This document shows positions 58,291 through 64,000 of a stretch of 64,000 nucleotides of DNA, one piece after another. Location: the sequence record MK373778.1; one strand, written 5' to 3'. The notes beneath the pieces are model-generated. The model ran no database searches. It was not told the origin of the DNA and saw nothing but the letters and a program-made list of their open reading frames with translations. This DNA comes from Escherichia phage vB_EcoM_WFbE185. Both the position numbers and the translations under genes were made by a program. Each line of letters opens with the position of its first letter. Position 1 is the first letter of the stretch.

Positions 58291-60095
58291 TGAAACAAAA
58301 TATTAAAATTGGTAACGTCGTTGATGACGGACAAGGCGATTACCTTCGTCGAGGTGGTGAAAAAATAAATGAGAACTTTGACGAAATCTATTATGAATTA
58401 GGTGATGGTGAAGTTCCTTATGCCGCTGGTGCATGGAAGACTTATGATGCGGCTGATGGTCTTAATCTTAAGGCTGCTTGGGGTAAATCTTATGCAATTA
58501 ATACTACTTCTGGACGAGTTTCGGTAAATCTTCCTAAAGGGACAATTGCAGACTATAATAAAGTTATTCGTGCTCGTGACGTATTTGCAACTTGGAACAT
58601 TAACCCTGTTACTTTAATTCCGGCAAACGGAGACACGATTAAAGGTTCTTCATCTCCGGTGGAAATTAACGTTCAGTTCTCTGATTTAGAATTAGTTTAT
58701 TGTGCTCCTGGACGTTGGGAATACATCAAGAACAAACAAATTGACAAAATAGTTAGCTCTGACATTAGTAACGTTGCTCGTAGAGAATATCTGGTTGAAA
58801 CCCAAGGTCAGACCGATTTCATGGATGTTTTTAACGGGACCTCTTATAATGTTAACAACATTCGCGTAAAACATCGTGGCAACGAATTGTACTATGGTGA
58901 TGTATTCAGTGATAATAGTGATTTTGGTTCTCCAGGCGCTAATCCTGGTGAACTGGTTGCACTCGATGGATTTAATATTAGATTACGCCAACCATGTAAT
59001 GTTGGCGACACTGTACAAATTGAGACATTCTTAGATGGTGTTTCTCAGTGGCGTAGTTCATATACTCGTCGCCAAGTTCGCATTTTAGATAGTAAATTGA
59101 CTGCTAAAAAGTCTATTGATGGAAGTATTTACGTCACTGATTTGAGTACGTTCCGGTCTATTCCATTTACAGCATTTGGTATTAATCCTACGGAACCACC
59201 TAACCCTAATTCGTTAGAAGTTCGCTTCAATGGTATTCTCCAAGAATTAGCTGGTACTGTTGGAACTCCTATTTTCCGTTGTGAAGGTGTGGATGCTGAT
59301 TCTGAAGAGTCATGCGCTAATCTCGGTGGGACGTGGACTCAATCGTATACAGATTATGCGATTGAATATACTGATAATATCCCTAGCGCAATTCTGTTTG
59401 ACCGTCAATTTGAAGACCAAGACATTATTACCATCACATGGTTTAATAACGATTTAGGAACTCTTCTTGAAATGGAAGAAATCCTTGATGTCGCTGATGA
59501 GAAATATGTTTCTCAAGGGTCTAACATTGAAATTACTGGTGACGTTGCATTAACCGATTTCGATAAAATTGGATGGCCTAATGTAGAACCTGTTCCTAAG
59601 TATGAACGTGAATTCTCGACTATCTCAGCAATATTTGATACAATTTATCCTGTCGGGACTATTTACGAAAATGCGGTTAACCCTAATAATCCGGCAACTT
59701 ATTTAGGTTTTGGTTTGTGGAAAATTTGGGGACAAGGCAAAGTATTAGCAGGTTGGAATGACGACGCATCCGATCCTAATTTTGCATTAAATAATAATGA
59801 CCTTGACGTCAATGGTAACCCTACTCATACCGCAGGTGGTACCGTTGGTGTAACAACCATCACATTAGAAAATGCTGATTTACCAGCTACACAAACCGAT
59901 GAAAAGGTTCTTATTTCTGATGATAATGGTACAGTAATTATAGGCGGTTGCCAATATGACCCGGATGAAGAAGGTCCTATTTACACTAAATATCGTGAAG
60001 ACCATGCAAAGACTAATGGATCTCATGTTCCAGCGCGTTCTATAACTAATATTCAGCCATCTATAACTGTATACCGTTGGGTAAGGATTGCATAA
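58290..60095 (+). CDS. 10: Baseplate wedge / tail pin protein gp10
   Basis: 601 aa. Confidence 0.9.
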   Translation: MKQNIKIGNVVDDGQGDYLRRGGEKINENFDEIYYELGDGEVPYAAGAWKTYDAADGLNLKAAWGKSYAINTTSGRVSVNLPKGTIADYNKVIRARDVFATWNINPVTLIPANGDTIKGSSSPVEINVQFSDLELVYCAPGRWEYIKNKQIDKIVSSDISNVARREYLVETQGQTDFMDVFNGTSYNVNNIRVKHRGNELYYGDVFSDNSDFGSPGANPGELVALDGFNIRLRQPCNVGDTVQIETFLDGVSQWRSSYTRRQVRILDSKLTAKKSIDGSIYVTDLSTFRSIPFTAFGINPTEPPNPNSLEVRFNGILQELAGTVGTPIFRCEGVDADSEESCANLGGTWTQSYTDYAIEYTDNIPSAILFDRQFEDQDIITITWFNNDLGTLLEMEEILDVADEKYVSQGSNIEITGDVALTDFDKIGWPNVEPVPKYEREFSTISAIFDTIYPVGTIYENAVNPNNPATYLGFGLWKIWGQGKVLAGWNDDASDPNFALNNNDLDVNGNPTHTAGGTVGVTTITLENADLPATQTDEKVLISDDNGTVIIGGCQYDPDEEGPIYTKYREDHAKTNGSHVPARSITNIQPSITVYRWVRIA

Positions 60096-60754
60096 TGACT
60101 GTACTTAATACAAAGGCGGGAGTTATTTCCCGTCATGCTGATTTTTTGAATTACAGAAAAAATCCAGCTCAAATTGATGTTTTAAACAACCAAGCTGTAG
60201 GTTCCGTGACTATTTCTCAGTTAGCTCGCGGTTTTTATGATGCTAACGTAGAATCTGCAATAAATGATGTCCATAATATGGCACGAGCTGATATTGGTAC
60301 TGTTGTCACAAACACTTCAGGCGTATCGCCTGAAGGTACAGCACAAGTTGATTATTGGACTTTTTCTGGTGATGTTCTCGACGATACTTTGACCACTGGA
60401 ACGCCAGTCGTTATTAACGTATTTGGACTTGCTGTTAAAGCAACAATCGGTATGACTGATAACGAATTAACGGCACAAGTTCGTATAGCTTTACAAGAAG
60501 CCATTGCTAATCAAATCGCTATTTCTTCTTATAAAGACCATCCATCCGAAGGTAATAAACTTCAGGTGACATATTTAGATAACCAACGTCATGTGTTGCC
60601 AACATATGCTTCGTTTGGTGTAACAATTTCGCAAGAAATTTTGTCTGAAGCAAAATCCGGATACGGAACATGGAATTTATTAGGTGCCCAAACGGTTACT
60701 CTTGATAACCATGATACTCCTACCGTTTTCTACCACTTTGTGAGAGCCTCATGA
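60095..60754 (+). CDS. 11: Baseplate wedge protein gp11
   Basis: ORF track 60077..60754 trimmed to ATG 60095 (TAATG overlap with gene 10); [13 protein letters not shown]...TVFYHF matches remembered T4 gp11. Confidence 0.9.
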   Translation: MTVLNTKAGVISRHADFLNYRKNPAQIDVLNNQAVGSVTISQLARGFYDANVESAINDVHNMARADIGTVVTNTSGVSPEGTAQVDYWTFSGDVLDDTLTTGTPVVINVFGLAVKATIGMTDNELTAQVRIALQEAIANQIAISSYKDHPSEGNKLQVTYLDNQRHVLPTYASFGVTISQEILSEAKSGYGTWNLLGAQTVTLDNHDTPTVFYHFVRAS

Positions 60755-62334
60755 GTAATAACAATACATACCAACACGTTTCAAATGAATCTATTTACGT
60801 TGAATTTGACCCTACTGGGTCGAATTTTCCAGATACAGTCACTAATGTCCAAGCCGCATTAGCTGCTATTTCTCCTTCAGGTGTTAATGGCGTACCGGAA
60901 GCAACAACTACTACACCTGGAATTATTCAAATAGCCACTCCACAAGAAGTTATTGATGGATTAGATAATAGTAAAGCTGTTACTCCGGCATCACTGAATG
61001 CTCGTCTACAATATCCTAATGCAACCGAAATTCAATATGGTTTAACTCGTTATGCTACTGAAGATGAAGCAGTAGCCGGAGCTATTGACGATGCATCAAT
61101 TACTCCGCTTAAATTGAATCAAAAAATAGACAATGTATTCCAGACAAAAGTATCAACAGAAGCAACAAATGGTGTAATTAAAATTTCAACTTCTGCTGCG
61201 GCATTAGCTGGTTCTGACGATACAACGGCAATGACCCCGTTAAAAACACAACAATTAGCAATTAAACTTATTTCACAAATTGCTCCAAATAATAGCGACG
61301 CCACCGAATCTATTACAGGTGTTGTTCGTTTAGCTACAGTTGCACAAGCACAACAAGGCACCCTGCGTGAAGGCTATGCAATTTCACCTTATACCTTTAT
61401 GAATTCAGTAGCATCAGAAACTAATAAAGGTGTCGTTAAACTAGGGACACAGACTGAAGTAAATAGTAACAACTCTTCAGTTGTAGTGACCGGCGCAACA
61501 TTAAACGGACGTGGTGCTACAACTTCTTTACGTGGAGTTGTTCGTTTAACTACACAAGCGGGTAGCCAATCAGGTGGTGATGGTTCTTCTGTCCTTGCTT
61601 GGAATGCTGATGTTATCCACCAACGAGGCGGACAAACTATTAATGGCACTCTTCGCATTAATAATACGTTGACGGTTGGTTCTGGTGGCGCTAATATAAC
61701 GGGTAATGTCAATATGACCGGTGGTTATATTCAAGGCAATCGTATTGTGACTCAAAATGAATTAGACCGAATTCTTCCAGTTGGCGCTATTACAATGTGG
61801 GCTGCAGATAGTTTACCGAGTTCTGACTGGCGCTTCTGTCACGGTGGGACCGTTTCTGCTTCAGAATGTCCGGTATATGCTTCCAGAATTGGGACACGAT
61901 ATGGTGGTAGTTCTTCTAACCCAGGCTTGCCTGATATGCGTGGATTATTTGTTCGTGGCTCAGGTCGTGGCTCTCACTTAACAAATCCAAATGTTAATGG
62001 TAATGACCAGTTTGGTAAGCCTAGATTAGGTGTAGGTTGTACTGGTGGATATGTTGGTGAAGTACAGAAACAACAGATGTCTTATCATAAACACGCTGGC
62101 GGATTTGGTGAGCATGATGATTCTGGAGCATTCGGTAATACCCGTAGATCAAATTTTGTTGGTACACGTAAAGGACTTGACTGGGATAACCGTTCATACT
62201 TCACCAATGACGGATATGAAATTGACCCGGCATCACAACGAAATTCCAAATATACATTAAATCGTCCTGAATTAATTGGAAATGAAACACGTCCATGGAA
62301 CATTTCTTTAAACTATATCATTAAGGTAAAATAA
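60751..62334 (+). CDS. 12: Short tail fibre protein gp12
   Basis: 527 aa; close match to remembered T4 gp12 including the C-terminal receptor-binding region. Confidence 0.95.
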   Translation: MSNNNTYQHVSNESIYVEFDPTGSNFPDTVTNVQAALAAISPSGVNGVPEATTTTPGIIQIATPQEVIDGLDNSKAVTPASLNARLQYPNATEIQYGLTRYATEDEAVAGAIDDASITPLKLNQKIDNVFQTKVSTEATNGVIKISTSAAALAGSDDTTAMTPLKTQQLAIKLISQIAPNNSDATESITGVVRLATVAQAQQGTLREGYAISPYTFMNSVASETNKGVVKLGTQTEVNSNNSSVVVTGATLNGRGATTSLRGVVRLTTQAGSQSGGDGSSVLAWNADVIHQRGGQTINGTLRINNTLTVGSGGANITGNVNMTGGYIQGNRIVTQNELDRILPVGAITMWAADSLPSSDWRFCHGGTVSASECPVYASRIGTRYGGSSSNPGLPDMRGLFVRGSGRGSHLTNPNVNGNDQFGKPRLGVGCTGGYVGEVQKQQMSYHKHAGGFGEHDDSGAFGNTRRSNFVGTRKGLDWDNRSYFTNDGYEIDPASQRNSKYTLNRPELIGNETRPWNISLNYIIKVK

Positions 62335-63782
62335 TGGCTGATATAACTCTGGTAGATTTACCATATGTTGACGGCCCGCCAGACGCGGGTCAGAGTCGTA
62401 TTGAATGGATTAAAAACGATGAAGAAATAACAGGTGCTGACACAAAATACGGTTCTGAAGGTGTAATGAACCGTCCTATTGTTGAAGTTCAACGTAACGT
62501 AGAAGCGTTAGATGTTAATATTAAAACTATAGCATCTTCTTTGAATACGGCCAACGAAGATATCAAAGTTATTCAAGGTATTTTAGATGTTTCTGGGGAT
62601 GTTGATGCTCTTGCACAGATAGGCCAGAACACCCAAGATATTGATGTCATTAAAGTCACAGTTCAAACCCATGCTAGTGAATTGAATGATTTGAATGAAC
62701 ATATTGATGCGAATACTGATGATATTGGTGTTTATAATCAGGAAACAGATTCAGTTTATAGAACGGTTCGTAACGACCTGCTTTGGATTAAAAATGAATT
62801 AGGACAATATACTGGTCAAGATATTAATGGGGTTCCTACTCCAGGAAATGATAGCACTGGTATGAAACGCCGTATTATGACTAATAGCTCCGTAATTGTT
62901 GACCACGGTGTTCGATTAACTGATTTAGAAACTAAATTTGCTGATTCTGACGTCGGCTCTTTAACTATTGAAGTCGAACACTTGCGCGAAGAAATGGGAC
63001 CTCGCACTTCTTTCACTACTCCAGTGTTTAGTCGTCTTTCCAGTATTGATTTAACTTTGTCGCGTCAAAATGCTGACTTGGATGGCATTAAACAGTCTAT
63101 TGGGTATCCTAATACGACTTCTATTATTACTACCACTAATGCAAATAGTTCAGCAATAAACGACATTAATCTTGAGCTCAATCAATCAGGTGGTATTAAA
63201 CCTCGTTTGACTACAGTAGAAACTGCCATTGGCGCTGATGATTTGCCTACTACAATCCAAGGACGTATTAAACTCAATACTGATGCTATCAGAGCATTGA
63301 ACACTGTTGTCGGCTCTGGTTCTTCGTCAGGACTGCGTTTTAATGTGTCATGGTTAAATAACGTAGTCGGTGTTGACGCTTCAGGTGGGAAACCGGAACC
63401 AGACGGCTCTTTGCTTTATCGTACTCGAGAGCTTGAAGGAACTATCGGTGGGATGAGTAATGACATTCAGAACATTCAAACTGATGTTGGGACTAATTCC
63501 ACAGGAATTAAGGGATCTGTAATCACATTAAATACTCTTATAAACGGCACCAACCCAAATGGTTCAACTGTTGAAGAACGCGGTATATTGCCTACAGTTA
63601 AAAGTCATGATACGACAATTAATGGTTTAACTTCTAGAATTGCTACTCTTGAAACTGATTTGGCCGCTGCAGAAGCCGAAATCCAAACTCTTAAGGACGC
63701 TGGATATATTGAAGATGCTCCTTCAGACGGTAAATTCTATGTTCGCAAAGATGGTTCATGGGTTGAACTTCCTACAGCTTAA
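62334..63782 (+). CDS. wac: Fibritin (whisker antigen control)
   Basis: 482 aa; N-terminus [16 protein letters not shown], coiled-coil repeats, C-terminal foldon GYIEDAPSDGKFYVRKDGSWVELPTA. Confidence 0.9.
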   Translation: MADITLVDLPYVDGPPDAGQSRIEWIKNDEEITGADTKYGSEGVMNRPIVEVQRNVEALDVNIKTIASSLNTANEDIKVIQGILDVSGDVDALAQIGQNTQDIDVIKVTVQTHASELNDLNEHIDANTDDIGVYNQETDSVYRTVRNDLLWIKNELGQYTGQDINGVPTPGNDSTGMKRRIMTNSSVIVDHGVRLTDLETKFADSDVGSLTIEVEHLREEMGPRTSFTTPVFSRLSSIDLTLSRQNADLDGIKQSIGYPNTTSIITTTNANSSAINDINLELNQSGGIKPRLTTVETAIGADDLPTTIQGRIKLNTDAIRALNTVVGSGSSSGLRFNVSWLNNVVGVDASGGKPEPDGSLLYRTRELEGTIGGMSNDIQNIQTDVGTNSTGIKGSVITLNTLINGTNPNGSTVEERGILPTVKSHDTTINGLTSRIATLETDLAAAEAEIQTLKDAGYIEDAPSDGKFYVRKDGSWVELPTA

Positions 63783-63787
63783 TGAAA

Positions 63788-64000
<213 letters not shown>

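Noticed and set aside
48749-63016. Minus-strand ORFs inside the plus-strand baseplate genes (for example 49517..49849, 61389..61712)
   Set aside because: Embedded antisense within conserved structural genes; no expression signals.

Overview
This 64 kb window is an AT-rich segment of a T4-like (Tevenvirinae) myovirus genome, collinear with the phage T4 map but diverged from it in sequence. The minus strand (1-48.1 kb) carries, in transcription order, 4-2-3-1-57A-57B, CTS-bearing internal proteins, two tRNAs, nudE, lysozyme e, denV, regB, a GrcA-like glycyl-radical protein, tk, rI, a roughly 9 kb block of unassigned genes each with its own early promoter, nrdC, 49, nrdD-nrdG-nrdH, 55, 47, 46, rpbA, 45, 44, 62, regA and the start of gene 43. 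The plus strand (48.1-64 kb) carries baseplate and tail genes 53-5-5.1-5.4-6-7-8-9-10-11-12-wac and the start of 13, with divergent late promoters between genes 4 and 53. Gene names rest on synteny and on remembered T4 protein sequences and motifs, not on a database search. No single clearly novel defence system was found; the most checkable observations are a frameshift splitting rI at an A7 homopolymer, a macro-domain protein next to tk, a Pol-beta-type nucleotidyltransferase coupled to a membrane protein, three tandem paralogues of about 320 aa, six capsid-targeting-sequence proteins, and inverted repeats wrapped around early promoters (one of which would sequester the regB ribosome-binding site in read-through transcripts). 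The ORF track omits ORFs under 60 aa and ORFs without a stop in the window, so several small genes and both edge genes were added by hand.
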